Positions 8,788-19,338 of a stretch of DNA of 64,000 nucleotides are shown here, piece after piece. Numbering within the stretch: position 1 is the first letter of the stretch; each line of letters opens with the position of its first letter. Origin of the DNA: Syntrophorhabdaceae bacterium (GTDB lineage Bacteria > Desulfobacterota > Syntrophorhabdia > Syntrophorhabdales > Syntrophorhabdaceae). The stretch spans positions 224,001 through 288,000 of the forward strand of contig CAXXUO010000003.1 of NCBI GenBank assembly GCA_963666485.2, in the 5' to 3' direction. Below the pieces are notes generated by a model. It searched no databases, was not told where the DNA came from, and saw nothing but the letters and a program-made list of their open reading frames with translations. A program made the position numbers and the translations under genes.

Positions 8788-10241
8788 TGATAACGAAGAT
8801 AATATTGACCGCAGTGATATCAGGTCTGTTGATATGTTCTGCGATGGGCCAGGAAGGACCTTCGCAATCGGGTCAGTCCCGACCGGCACCTCCTCCCCAG
8901 GCATACGACGACTGCAAAGGGAAAAGGGCCGGTGACGCGGTTCAGCACACGACCCGGGAGGGAAAGGTTGCGGCCACATGTGTAGAATCCCCCCAGGGAC
9001 TTGTCGCGAGGCCGGTGAGGCCGTCGGGCGGTCAGCAGGAAAGAAAGGAGCGGCAACCCTCCGCACAGCCCGGGCCTCAAAGCCGGGAGGGCGGGCAGAA
9101 GTATTCCATAGAGCAGGCCGTCTCCAGCCAGGCCCAGCTGCACACCATCGCCTTCAGCGGCCTTGCGTTTATGACGGGGAACTTCGGGGCCGCGACTTTT
9201 ATACCGCCGGGAAAGGTTTGCGACTTTTTTGGCTTCCAGTATATGCGGGATATCGACGTTGCCGGAAAAGGGCACAATCCGATATTTTTGAACCGGGTCG
9301 CCGGTAATGTATTGTTTGTATTGAACAGCTCCCAGCGGGCCCTGATCGAGAAATCAGCGCGCGAGGAGGCGGCGCACCTGCGCACGCTCGCGACGATGCG
9401 CTTCCCCCTTATAAAGGCGTTCTACCGGGAGCTCACCGGCGACATCCCATCGGGAAGCAAGGGACTTAGCAGGGCCGAGGTGATCCGGTACACGGGGGAG
9501 ATCTTCGCTTTCGATGCGGCTATAAGTTATAAACGGGCGCAGGTTTTTGGGCAGATCGCGTCGTCGCTGACAGGGGAACAGAAAAGTTATCTCGGCCGCA
9601 TGAAGTTCGGTAATTTCAACACGTGGCCCGAGGTTGACGTGGAAAAATATAAGCTGCCAAGAGGTACGGAAAAACTCGTCAACGTGGCGTACATGACGTA
9701 TGCCAGCGAGTTCTTCAGCTGGTACTCCGGGTCCGTCGAGGCCGATACATATTTCTGCCCGGAGAGACATGGCACCTACTTCGGGGGCTTTTACATGAAG
9801 GATATGCCGGCAATGGGCAAGCGGGATTACGATATCAGCATGTCAGTGACCGGCGACAGCGGGAGGGATTTTCTCAATACACTCACGGAAAGGCAACGGA
9901 AGAACATCACCGATATCATAGAACTGCAGCGCTCCGTCCTTCGGGAGGCCATAACCGTGCGGCGGGCCATCGCCGCGGAGTTGCGCAAGTTCTTAAGCAC
10001 AGGCAAGGCGGACAGGAGCAAGGTCGTTGCGCTGGGCCGCCGTTACGGTGAACTCGACGGCGAGATGTCGTATTACTATACCCGTGCCTTCGCGGAGGTC
10101 AACAGGACCCTGACCGGGGACCAGCGCAGGACGCTGACAAAATTGCGCGGTCTCGATGGATATACACCGGCCCCGGCTTATCTGTACTCGTCGCCGCTCA
10201 CGGAAAGCCCGAAATTGCCGGACACAGGCCGTTTCTTCTGA
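8784..10241 (+). CDS. Periplasmic protein: two-Cys module plus four LTxxQ-like (Spy/CpxP-type) segments
   Basis: Signal peptide; PPPQAYDDCKGK...ATC; LNSSQ, LTGEQ, LTERQ, LTGDQ motifs. Confidence 0.8.
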   Translation: MMITKIILTAVISGLLICSAMGQEGPSQSGQSRPAPPPQAYDDCKGKRAGDAVQHTTREGKVAATCVESPQGLVARPVRPSGGQQERKERQPSAQPGPQSREGGQKYSIEQAVSSQAQLHTIAFSGLAFMTGNFGAATFIPPGKVCDFFGFQYMRDIDVAGKGHNPIFLNRVAGNVLFVLNSSQRALIEKSAREEAAHLRTLATMRFPLIKAFYRELTGDIPSGSKGLSRAEVIRYTGEIFAFDAAISYKRAQVFGQIASSLTGEQKSYLGRMKFGNFNTWPEVDVEKYKLPRGTEKLVNVAYMTYASEFFSWYSGSVEADTYFCPERHGTYFGGFYMKDMPAMGKRDYDISMSVTGDSGRDFLNTLTERQRKNITDIIELQRSVLREAITVRRAIAAELRKFLSTGKADRSKVVALGRRYGELDGEMSYYYTRAFAEVNRTLTGDQRRTLTKLRGLDGYTPAPAYLYSSPLTESPKLPDTGRFF

Positions 10242-10244
10242 AAG

Positions 10245-11387
10245 TTAGTTTTCGCCTGTTCCGCTTTCCCCGATGTTTTTCAGGAATGCCTCACGGAAGG
10301 ATTTCTCCCACTGGGAGCATATCGCGGGTTTGCGTGCCATGACCCTCCTCATGCAGAGTGAACATGACGGGTTGCACGGCACAATCGGGTCCTTGACCGC
10401 CCCTTGAGCTTTTTTCGGCCAGAGAGGGTCCGCAAAAAGCACGCGGGAAAGGCCTATCAGATCGGCTTTCCCGGTTTTCAGGATATTTTCCGCAGTCTGC
10501 GGGTTCTGGATGCGCCCCGCTGTAATGACAGGCACGGCGGGCAGGGACTTCTTGATGATCTCGGCGTACGGCGCCATGTAACCCTCAGTCTTTTCGAGGG
10601 ATACGTATGGCTCTGCCGGGAAGGATTCGTGCGTCCCGATCATGACGGAGAGGTAGGATATTCCCAATTTTGTGAGGTCCTCTGCGAACGGGATGGCCTC
10701 GTCGATCACGAGCCCGTCCGGAAGACATTCGCTCGCCAGGAACCTGTACCCGACGGGAAAATCCTTGCCGACTGCCGCCAGTACTGCCTCGGCCACTTCA
10801 AGGGGAAATCTCCTCCGTTTTTCAGGGTCGCCGCCGTACATATCCGCTCGCCTGTTCGTCCTCGGGGAGACAAACTGCGACAGGAGGTAACCTGTTCCGC
10901 CATGAAGCTCGACCCCGTCGAAACCGGCGCTTTGGCCGCGGACGGCAGCCCGGACGAAGCATTGTATGGTATCCCGGATATCTTCCACCGTCATTTCCCG
11001 GGGGGTGACATCCCCGACAGGCACAGGTGAAGGGGCGAGCCTTTCAGGAACATAAGCAAATCTCCCGGCGTGATTGAACTGAATAAACGCGAGGGCACCC
11101 TCGGCATGGATGACCCTGGCAAGCTCTTTGAGGCCCGCGAGATACCGGTCTTCGTCTGCCCTCAGCATGAACGTTGAACCAAGGCCTGACGGGTGAATAC
11201 CGGTGTTCTCGACGACGATAAGGGCAGCTCCCGACCTTGCCATGGTCCTGTAATGGTCGAGCATGAGGTCGCTTACCGTACCGTCGCTGTTGCCGAAGCC
11301 GAGATACGTGGGCGCCATGGTGATCCGGTTGGAGAGCGTGAGGGTCCCGAGTTTGAACGGTGTGAACAGAACTGACCGGTTTTCCAT
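10245..11387 (-). CDS. NADH:flavin oxidoreductase (Old Yellow Enzyme family)
   Basis: LSNRITMAP, QFNHAG, AGFDGVELHGGTGYLLSQF, NRRADMYGG. Confidence 0.93.
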   Translation of the reverse strand: MENRSVLFTPFKLGTLTLSNRITMAPTYLGFGNSDGTVSDLMLDHYRTMARSGAALIVVENTGIHPSGLGSTFMLRADEDRYLAGLKELARVIHAEGALAFIQFNHAGRFAYVPERLAPSPVPVGDVTPREMTVEDIRDTIQCFVRAAVRGQSAGFDGVELHGGTGYLLSQFVSPRTNRRADMYGGDPEKRRRFPLEVAEAVLAAVGKDFPVGYRFLASECLPDGLVIDEAIPFAEDLTKLGISYLSVMIGTHESFPAEPYVSLEKTEGYMAPYAEIIKKSLPAVPVITAGRIQNPQTAENILKTGKADLIGLSRVLFADPLWPKKAQGAVKDPIVPCNPSCSLCMRRVMARKPAICSQWEKSFREAFLKNIGESGTGEN

Positions 11388-11533
11388 GTTTGATTCCTCC
11401 GTTTGCCAGGGGGGTGGTATATACACAGGCAGTATATCATCGACAGTCCCGCCGCGCAATAAAGCGAAATTGACAAAGGTCCGCGAATAAGGGCATGATA
11501 CTTTATTTTAGGGCCGTAAGGAGGAGGACCACG

Positions 11534-12004
11534 ATGGATCAAAAAGCATTTCAGGAATACTATGCCGACGATGTCAGTCATTGCTATGGCTGCGGCCGGC
11601 TGAACCCGGAAGGGCTTCATATAAAGAGCTACTGGGATGGAGAGGAGTCCGTGGCAAGGTTTACCCCGCAGCCATATCATATCGCTGTACCGGGTTTTGT
11701 CTACGGCGGTACCCTGGCGTCCCTTATCGACTGCCATGGAACGGGAACGGCAGCAGCCGCAACGTACCGGCGCGAGGGACGTTCAATGGATTCGGAGCCG
11801 AACCTCCGGTTTGTAACGGCATCCCTGCATGTCGAATACATTTTGCCCACGCCTCTTGGTGTCGAACTGGAAGCAAGGGGAAAGATCAGGGACCTCGGGG
11901 AGCGCAGGGTTGCCGTGAGCATCGAGGTCACAGCGGATGGCAGGGTGTGCGCTCGGGGGGAGGTCGTCGCTGTCAGGATACCCGGGACAATGAAGCTGAC
12001 GTAA
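11534..12004 (+). CDS. PaaI-family thioesterase
   Basis: CYGCG..NPEGL, GFVYGGTLASLIDCH, VTASLHVEY hotdog motifs. Confidence 0.9.
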   Translation: MDQKAFQEYYADDVSHCYGCGRLNPEGLHIKSYWDGEESVARFTPQPYHIAVPGFVYGGTLASLIDCHGTGTAAAATYRREGRSMDSEPNLRFVTASLHVEYILPTPLGVELEARGKIRDLGERRVAVSIEVTADGRVCARGEVVAVRIPGTMKLT

Positions 12005-12035
12005 GCTTAATACGTTCTCGGGCAGTTCGTACGGG

Positions 12036-12290
12036 TTATCTATATCCGCCTTTGATCCTGTCGACAGATATCATCTTGTGCGGGTCGATCTTGATCCTGT
12101 CTTTTACGAGCCCGTTGAAATCGCGGACAATGAGCGTCCCGCCGCCTTCTTTATGGAGCATCATCTTGGCCGACACTATCGCGGCAAGCTGCGTATAATA
12201 TACGCTCGACGGTTCATCGGCATATTCGATCTTATTCACCCATCCGCCGCACCTTTCCTTGTAGACAACCCTGTTGACAGGTATGCTCAT
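12036..12290 (-). CDS. DUF2188-like small protein
   Basis: GGW...SS.YYTQ..AI..A...GGG.LIV...NG pattern. Confidence 0.6.
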   Translation of the reverse strand: MSIPVNRVVYKERCGGWVNKIEYADEPSSVYYTQLAAIVSAKMMLHKEGGGTLIVRDFNGLVKDRIKIDPHKMISVDRIKGGYR

Positions 12291-12518
12291 GTTCGCCCTC
12301 CTTATATTAATGAAGATACCCGATTACAAAGGTATACTCTGTCCTCACAGAGGAGAAAAAACATGACGCATTTCTGATGACGGACCGTATATTCGAAATG
12401 GCCCGAACCCGAAGGATGCGTTCGCAGGGCGGGAAAATTCCCCAACACGGAAAATGAAAAAAATTATCTCTATGAATTCCTTGTCCCGGTCGCTCACTTT
12501 TCGGTATAATCGAATCGA

Positions 12519-15500
12519 ATGAAGCTCGTGCAGACCATAATGTTCCGGCTCAAAACCGCCTGGCGGCCGCTTCTGGCCGGGGCGCTCCTGTGTGTATTTG
12601 TAAGCGTCATAGTCAGCAACCTGAACAGGCAGGAGGACGAAAGCCTGCAGAATGAGGTCAGGACGGAAGCTGAGAACCTGGCAGGCCATATAAAAGCCGA
12701 TTTGAGAAACCGCTCCTTGGTACTGCAGAGAATGGCAAAAAAATGGGATGTCCGGGATACAGTATCGAGAAAAGAATTCACCGATGATGCCGAGGGATAT
12801 CTTTCCCACGATCCGGGTTTTCAGGCGCTCGAATGGGCAGACAGTTCCTTTGTCGTTCGCTGGATCGTCCCCGTGGCAGGGAATGAACGGGCGCAAAACA
12901 TGAACCTTGCGTTTGAAGACAACCGGAGGATGGCCCTGGAAAAGGCACGGGACACACAGGCCCCGGCCGCCACCATGCCGGTCGACCTGGTCCAGGGAGG
13001 GAAGGGCTTCCTGGTTTTTTTTCCTGTTTATGCGCATGACCGTTTTAAGGGTATCGTCGCTGCCGTTTTCAGGGTTGACGAATGGGTGAAGTACGCCTTG
13101 AGCTTTGACGAGTTAGGGAGATCCGACAAGTTCCTCATTTCCCTCCACCTTGACGGACAGCCGATCTTCAAACAGGCTAACTGGAATGATTCCCGCAACG
13201 CCGCATACGGCTCGACAGTCGAAACATTGGTTTTTGACCGCCGGCTGACGCTTTATATCCGGCCGACTGACGCGTTCATCAGTCAGGGCAGAAGTGTCCT
13301 GCCGAAATTCACTGCCGTATTCGGGTTTCTCGTATCCATTCTCCTGACGTATATCCTGCATCTGCTGGTCGAGCGCAAAAAAGCGGCAGACGAGTTGAAT
13401 GAAACACTGTCCCGGATCCAGCTTCTTCTCGATTCCACGGCCGAAGCGATATACGGCATCGACCTTGATGGCAACTGCTCCTTCGCGAACCCTTCGTGCC
13501 TGAGAATGCTTGGTTTTCAGGCTATTGACCAATTACTGGGGAAGAACATGCATGGCCTCATTCATCACTCCTATCCTGACGGGCGGCCGATGCGCGCCGA
13601 AGAATGCCACATATTCAAGGCCTTCCGTGAAGGAGTAGGAGTGCATTGTGATGACGAGGTCTTTTTCAGGTACGACGGGACGAGCTTTCCGGTCGAATAC
13701 TGGTCGTATCCGCAGATCGAAAATGGTGTGGTACGGGGTGCCGTCGTCACGTTCAACGATATTACCGAGCGTAAGATGGCCGAAGATAAATTGCGTGCCG
13801 GTGAAGAGCGTCTCAGGAACATTACGGATGCGGCCCGGGATGCCATAATAATGATAGATCACCGCGGAACAATTTCCTTTTGGAACCCTGCGGCGGAAAA
13901 CATCTTCGGGTACACGGCTGATGAGGCGATCGGACAGGACCTGCATGAACTTATTGTGCCTGAACGCTACAGAGATGCCTATCGCACGGGATTTGTCGAA
14001 TTTCAGCGCACGGGTCGCGGTGATGTGGTCGGTACGACGCGGGACCTTTCTGCCCGGCGAAAGAATGGCCAGGAGATACCGGTCGCTTTGTCGATGTCGG
14101 CGCTCCGGCAAGAGGGTGCGTGGCACGCAGTCGGGGTCATCCGTGACGTGACGGTCCAGAAACAGGCCGAAGAGGCCCTTCAGGAAGCGAAAAAATTAGC
14201 GGAAGCAGCAAACCTGGCAAAAAGCGATTTTCTTTCGACGATGAGCCACGAGATCCGCACCCCGATGAATGCCATTATCGGGATGGCGGAGCTCCTCGCG
14301 GAAACAACGCTTACCCCGGAGCAGGCAAGGTATGTCGAAGTCTTTAAGACTGCGGGGGAGAACCTGCTCAGCATTTTGAATGATATACTGGACCTGTCGA
14401 AGATAGAGGCCGGCCGGATAGATGTCGAGTCGGTGGCATTTGATCTCGAGGACCTTGTTGAAAAGACATGCCAGGTAATGGCGCTCAAGGCTGGACAGAA
14501 AGGCCTTGAATTCATGTGCCACATTTTTCCGGGTGTACCGGTCGATCTTATGGGGGACCCCGCCCGTTTAAGGCAGGTCCTTGTCAATCTGATCGGAAAC
14601 GCGATCAAATTCACAGAACAGGGTGAGGTCGTCCTGGAGATAAAGAATGACCCTTCCCGGAAGGAAAATGGCAGGGCTGCCCTGACGTTTACTGTCCGGG
14701 ATTCGGGGATAGGGATCCCTGCAGACAAGATCGATACAATATTTGATAAATTTTCCCAGGCCGACTCATCCACCACGCGCAAATATGGCGGAACGGGTCT
14801 CGGATTGCCTATATCCCGCCAGCTTGTCCAACTGATGGGCGGGGACCTGTCTGTGAAAAGCCGGCCGGGCGGAGGGGCGCAGTTCTTCTTCACCCTGTCC
14901 TTTCCCGTTGAAACCAGACCCGTGGGAAAAAAGGAAGCAGGCCGGGGACTCGATACCCGTGCTATGCGGGCCCTCGTAATCGACGACAACGAGACTAACC
15001 GGATCATAGTCAGGGAACTGCTGACCGCCTGGGGATTTGATGTGTCCGAGGCCGAAGGCGGCAGGGCAGGCATAGGGATGCTGAAGGCCGCTGAGGGATC
15101 GGGGATGCCATATGACCTCGTCATTCTCGATTACCTTATGCCGGATATGGACGGGATCGCGGTCGTGCAGGAGATAAGGGATGATGCCTCACTCGATCAG
15201 CTGCCCGTCATCATGCTGACCTCAGACCCGGCGGTCCCGCTATCCAAAAGGTTCACGGGACGGGGTATCAACGCGTGTATATCGAAACCGGTTAGGCGTT
15301 CGGAGCTGAAGGAGACAATAAAGAAGGCCCTCGATCGGGACAAGGCTGGTGTGAAAAAGATCGGGCCCGCAGGAATTGACGCGGCCGGGGAAGATGTGCC
15401 CCTCAACATTCTTCTTGTCGACGATTCTGAAGACAACCGCCTCCTTGTCAGTTCGTATCTCAAGCAGTACCCCTATACGATCGAGGTCGCCGTCAACGGG

Positions 15501-15773
15501 CTTGAAGCGGTGGAGCATTTCAAAAGCGGGAAATACAACATAGTCCTTATGGATATGCAGATGCCGGTCATGGATGGTTACACGGCGATGAAAGAGATAC
15601 GGTCGTGGGAAAGGCAAAGCGGGTTCGAGCGGACGCCGATCGTTGCCCTCACTGCGTACGCACTGCAGGAAGAAATGCAGAAAAGCCTCGATGCGGGATG
15701 CGATACGCATTTGACGAAGCCTGTAAAGAAGGCGACACTTGTGGAGACCATCCGGACATATGCAAGGATATAG
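12519..15773 (+). CDS. Hybrid histidine kinase CHASE-PAS-PAS-HisKA-HATPase-REC-REC
   Basis: LVQGGKGF (CHASE), MSHEIRTPMN, GGTGLGL, two receiver domains. Confidence 0.95.
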   Translation: MKLVQTIMFRLKTAWRPLLAGALLCVFVSVIVSNLNRQEDESLQNEVRTEAENLAGHIKADLRNRSLVLQRMAKKWDVRDTVSRKEFTDDAEGYLSHDPGFQALEWADSSFVVRWIVPVAGNERAQNMNLAFEDNRRMALEKARDTQAPAATMPVDLVQGGKGFLVFFPVYAHDRFKGIVAAVFRVDEWVKYALSFDELGRSDKFLISLHLDGQPIFKQANWNDSRNAAYGSTVETLVFDRRLTLYIRPTDAFISQGRSVLPKFTAVFGFLVSILLTYILHLLVERKKAADELNETLSRIQLLLDSTAEAIYGIDLDGNCSFANPSCLRMLGFQAIDQLLGKNMHGLIHHSYPDGRPMRAEECHIFKAFREGVGVHCDDEVFFRYDGTSFPVEYWSYPQIENGVVRGAVVTFNDITERKMAEDKLRAGEERLRNITDAARDAIIMIDHRGTISFWNPAAENIFGYTADEAIGQDLHELIVPERYRDAYRTGFVEFQRTGRGDVVGTTRDLSARRKNGQEIPVALSMSALRQEGAWHAVGVIRDVTVQKQAEEALQEAKKLAEAANLAKSDFLSTMSHEIRTPMNAIIGMAELLAETTLTPEQARYVEVFKTAGENLLSILNDILDLSKIEAGRIDVESVAFDLEDLVEKTCQVMALKAGQKGLEFMCHIFPGVPVDLMGDPARLRQVLVNLIGNAIKFTEQGEVVLEIKNDPSRKENGRAALTFTVRDSGIGIPADKIDTIFDKFSQADSSTTRKYGGTGLGLPISRQLVQLMGGDLSVKSRPGGGAQFFFTLSFPVETRPVGKKEAGRGLDTRAMRALVIDDNETNRIIVRELLTAWGFDVSEAEGGRAGIGMLKAAEGSGMPYDLVILDYLMPDMDGIAVVQEIRDDASLDQLPVIMLTSDPAVPLSKRFTGRGINACISKPVRRSELKETIKKALDRDKAGVKKIGPAGIDAAGEDVPLNILLVDDSEDNRLLVSSYLKQYPYTIEVAVNGLEAVEHFKSGKYNIVLMDMQMPVMDGYTAMKEIRSWERQSGFERTPIVALTAYALQEEMQKSLDAGCDTHLTKPVKKATLVETIRTYARI

Positions 15774-15962
15774 AAGCGCCTGTCGGTCACTGCCCAGGGT
15801 CGAGTCCGGGTGAGCACCTGCCCGTCAGAAAGTGCGGGGTTGATACCCGCATTATTACCCCAATAAATTGACTCGAATGACGTTATACAATGTGTTATAT
15901 CTATTATTCTTCAATAAATAATTCAATTTCTTGAATATGACGTTCAAAGCTAATCTCAGCCG

Positions 15963-17321
15963 GTGGTGCTCTTGACAGCAAATAAGTCTGATCGTACAAA
16001 GGAAAATGAACTGCAGGCCATTGCCCTGCTCCGCAAGGAAAGAGACCTGAGGACCACGATCGTGGACACTTCGATCGACGGCATCCTGGTGGTTGACGGC
16101 GATGGCGCAGTGCTGGCTTACAACCGGCAATTCGTTAAAATATGGAAGATCCCCCATGATGTCCTCCGAACAGGAAGAGATGAGAAGTTGATCGAAGAGG
16201 TCAGGGACAGGTTCACGGACCCGGAAAAATTTACGGAAAAAGTAAAATGGCTCTACGACAATGTGCAGGAAACAAGCCGCGACGAGATCCATCTTGTCGA
16301 CGGCCGTGTTCTTGACAGGTACTCGGCCCCTGCTATCGGGAATGACGGAAAATATTACGGGCGGGTCTGGTACTTCCGTGACATGACAGGGCGAAAAGAG
16401 CTTGAAAATGAATTGAAGGCCCACCGGGACCATCTCGGGGCCCTTGTTGCCAGGCGCACCGCCGAGATACGGCAGGAGGTGATGCGGCGGACGAGAAAAG
16501 AGGAACAATATCTTTCCCTCATAGAATCGATCATTGAATGGGTGTGGGAAGTGAATACACGCTTCATTCATACCTACTTAAGCCCGCGCATATTCGACGT
16601 CCTCGGATATATGCCCGATGAGCTTGTCGGGAAAAGCCCGGCATACATAATGCCTGAAGATGAAAAGAAAAGGGCCATGCCCCTCATCCGGGGGGTCATG
16701 GCGCGGAAAGAAAGCTTCATAGCGTTTCAAACGGTGCATGTGCATAAAAACGGCCGGCATATCATCGTAGAGGCCAATGGCAAGCCCTTTTATGATCCAC
16801 GCGGCAAATTGATGGGGTACAGGGGCAGTGCGCGGGATATAACAGAACAGAAGAAAATGCTCGACGCCCTGATGGAACGGGAGGCCGATCTGGTAGCAAA
16901 ATCGCAGAGCCTCGAAGATGCCAATTCCGCGCTGCGCGTTCTCCTGAAACAAAGAGAAGATGACAGAAGAGAACTCGAGCAGAGATTTATATCGAATGTC
17001 CGAGAAATGATCCATCCCTACGTGGAAAAAATGCAAAAACGAAAACTCGAACCGCAGTCCCGGGCCTGTGTCGACATTATTGCAGCCAATCTGGACGAGC
17101 TGACCTCACCTTTTATCGGGAATATCAGGCATCTCAGTTTTACCCCGCGGGAGATCGAAGTGGCCAACCTGATACGCGACGGTAAAACCACGAAAGAGAT
17201 AGCGGAGATTGTCGGCATCGCCCCCAGCGCCGTGCATTCCCATCGCGATAATATCAGAAAAAAACTGGGATTGACCGGGCAAACTGCCAATCTCAGGCTT
17301 CATTTGCAGAACCTGAAATAA
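15963..17321 (+). CDS. PAS-PAS-LuxR HTH transcriptional regulator
   Basis: GRVWYFRD and YRGSARDITE PAS ends; TPREIEVANLIRDGKTTKEIA..HRDNIRKKLG. Confidence 0.92.
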   Translation: MVLLTANKSDRTKENELQAIALLRKERDLRTTIVDTSIDGILVVDGDGAVLAYNRQFVKIWKIPHDVLRTGRDEKLIEEVRDRFTDPEKFTEKVKWLYDNVQETSRDEIHLVDGRVLDRYSAPAIGNDGKYYGRVWYFRDMTGRKELENELKAHRDHLGALVARRTAEIRQEVMRRTRKEEQYLSLIESIIEWVWEVNTRFIHTYLSPRIFDVLGYMPDELVGKSPAYIMPEDEKKRAMPLIRGVMARKESFIAFQTVHVHKNGRHIIVEANGKPFYDPRGKLMGYRGSARDITEQKKMLDALMEREADLVAKSQSLEDANSALRVLLKQREDDRRELEQRFISNVREMIHPYVEKMQKRKLEPQSRACVDIIAANLDELTSPFIGNIRHLSFTPREIEVANLIRDGKTTKEIAEIVGIAPSAVHSHRDNIRKKLGLTGQTANLRLHLQNLK

Positions 17322-17511
17322 TAATTCAAAGTTCAACTTCAAGGTTCAACGCAAACGACCCATCCTTTAAACTCCAACATTTTCTGCAGGATTATTTTTT
17401 TTGTCATTCTTTTAGCGTGGAACGTGGAGCAATATTTCGCTTTAAGTAAATCCCGTCTCTGAACGATAAATAGGGAGATGAGTATAAATTCATGCTTCAC
17501 ATGGGAGCATA

Positions 17512-19302
17512 ATGGATGAAATAGCCGGAATATCCGAGATAGCGAAACGCGTTGCCAGGATTGTACCGGGTACCGAGGAACAGTTCCTTCTCATCGGTTC
17601 CCGTCTGAACAGGGTGTATAGCGATGTCGAGAACATTGCGAAGCTGGCGTCCGACCTTGTCGGCCTGCTCGACAGTTCGGCGATGAAGGGCACTATCGCG
17701 CAATTCCGCGAGGTCCTGAGCCAGCTGGAAAGGTACATAGAAAGCTTTCACCACAGATTCGAATCGGGCTATGCGGCCCTGAAGGATGTGGGCAACGCTG
17801 TCTCCGACGTCGGCGAGCCGATGGCTAATTTTCGGAAGATCGTCAAAAAATTGAAAATACTCGGTATATCGACCAAGATAGAAAGCGCACAGCTCAACAA
17901 AATGGAAATAGACTTCGTCAACCTGGCCGGGGATGTGGAGCAGCTGTCCGAGCTGATTCGTGATAAATCCGCTGCGATCGAAAAGCACCGGGAGGGCCTC
18001 ATGGCCCTGACCCAGGGTACACTGATGAAAATCTTCCAGATCAACCAGAAAAGCAGGAATTTCACAAGTGCCGCCCTCGCAGACATCAATTCGAGCATCG
18101 TCGTGCTCGAGGAGCGCAACGAGCTTTCATTCGGCACGGCGGATTCAATTCTCAGCCGCTCTCATGCAACGAGAGAACAGGTGGGCGAAGTTGTCATGTC
18201 CATGCAGTTTCATGACATCACCCGCCAGCAGATCGAGCATATCGTTGAGGTTCTCGAGGCGTTGGAAAAGAGGCACGGGACGAGTTCCCCGATCGAGGGA
18301 GATGATCACAATGGAATGGTGTTCGCCGAAGCGCTGGTGGTGTCCGAACTGCAGAGGGCTCAGCTCGTTGATGCCCGTGATAAGTTCATAAAGGCCGTAC
18401 GCGTTATCATGCACAATCTCCGCGGGATATCCGTGAATATCGGCCGGATTATCGATGAAATTCAGAAAATGACGGGTGCCACGGATGTCTCATCCGACAA
18501 TTTCCTGTCCAATATTGAAACTGCGACGGGTGCCGTCATGGACAAGATTGACAGCGGCAACAGGGCGGAGGATGAGTTCAATGATGCCATGATCGAACTT
18601 TCCACGGCTGTCTCCACCATAGCCGGCCTTGTCGATGATATAGAGGAAATAGGTGAAGAGATAGAGCTGATCGCGATCAATGCCCGGGTCAAGGCCGCCA
18701 GGACTGGTGAAGAAGGGGCGCCGCTTGGTGTTATTGCTGAAGCGATATGGCATCTTTCGCTAGACGCGACATCGCAGAAATCGGTCATCTCCGGCCTGCT
18801 CAAAAAGGTCGTGACGGCAACGGAAGGGCTGCGATCAGCGACCGCTGCCGAAAGGTCCGATACGGACGCCTCCGGGACCATTGCGGAACTTTCCGGGATT
18901 GTCGAGGCCCTGAGACGAATGAAAGATGACGTAACGCAGCTCGTCAACGAGATTGGATCAGCCAGCCGGAGCTTGTCGGGCCTTATCGGGGAGACGATCG
19001 CCGATATTACGGTGCACGATGACCTTGAGTCCGATATCGGGAATACCTGCGCTGTTTTTGATGAGTTCATCATGCAGGCGAAGCAGAATGTTACGCCGGC
19101 CGAAATAGATGAAGCCCGGCGGCAATCGTTCGAGTATATCCAGGAAAATTATACGATGCAGAGGGAAAGGGCTATACATTACAGTATAGCCTCGAACGTA
19201 ATACCGATAGACGCCAGGGCGAAAGACCAGGGGGCAGCCCCGGAGATCTTTGATGACGCAACCGGCTCCGAGGAGTTAGGCGATAACGTGGAGCTGTTTT
19301 GA
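17512..19302 (+). CDS. Cytoplasmic MCP-like chemotaxis protein
   Basis: LIAINARVKAARTGEEG hairpin, QFHDITRQQIEH, YTMQRER, terminal GDNVELF; no TM segments. Confidence 0.85.
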   Translation: MDEIAGISEIAKRVARIVPGTEEQFLLIGSRLNRVYSDVENIAKLASDLVGLLDSSAMKGTIAQFREVLSQLERYIESFHHRFESGYAALKDVGNAVSDVGEPMANFRKIVKKLKILGISTKIESAQLNKMEIDFVNLAGDVEQLSELIRDKSAAIEKHREGLMALTQGTLMKIFQINQKSRNFTSAALADINSSIVVLEERNELSFGTADSILSRSHATREQVGEVVMSMQFHDITRQQIEHIVEVLEALEKRHGTSSPIEGDDHNGMVFAEALVVSELQRAQLVDARDKFIKAVRVIMHNLRGISVNIGRIIDEIQKMTGATDVSSDNFLSNIETATGAVMDKIDSGNRAEDEFNDAMIELSTAVSTIAGLVDDIEEIGEEIELIAINARVKAARTGEEGAPLGVIAEAIWHLSLDATSQKSVISGLLKKVVTATEGLRSATAAERSDTDASGTIAELSGIVEALRRMKDDVTQLVNEIGSASRSLSGLIGETIADITVHDDLESDIGNTCAVFDEFIMQAKQNVTPAEIDEARRQSFEYIQENYTMQRERAIHYSIASNVIPIDARAKDQGAAPEIFDDATGSEELGDNVELF

Positions 19303-19338
19303 TACACGAATCTGACGATATGCAACAAGGAGGCATGT

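Noticed and set aside
12365..12423. Hammerhead-like CTGATGA...GAAA within an ACGCAT/ATGCGT stem
   Set aside because: Stem II does not close correctly before GAAA, and no stem III or UH cleavage triplet is evident.
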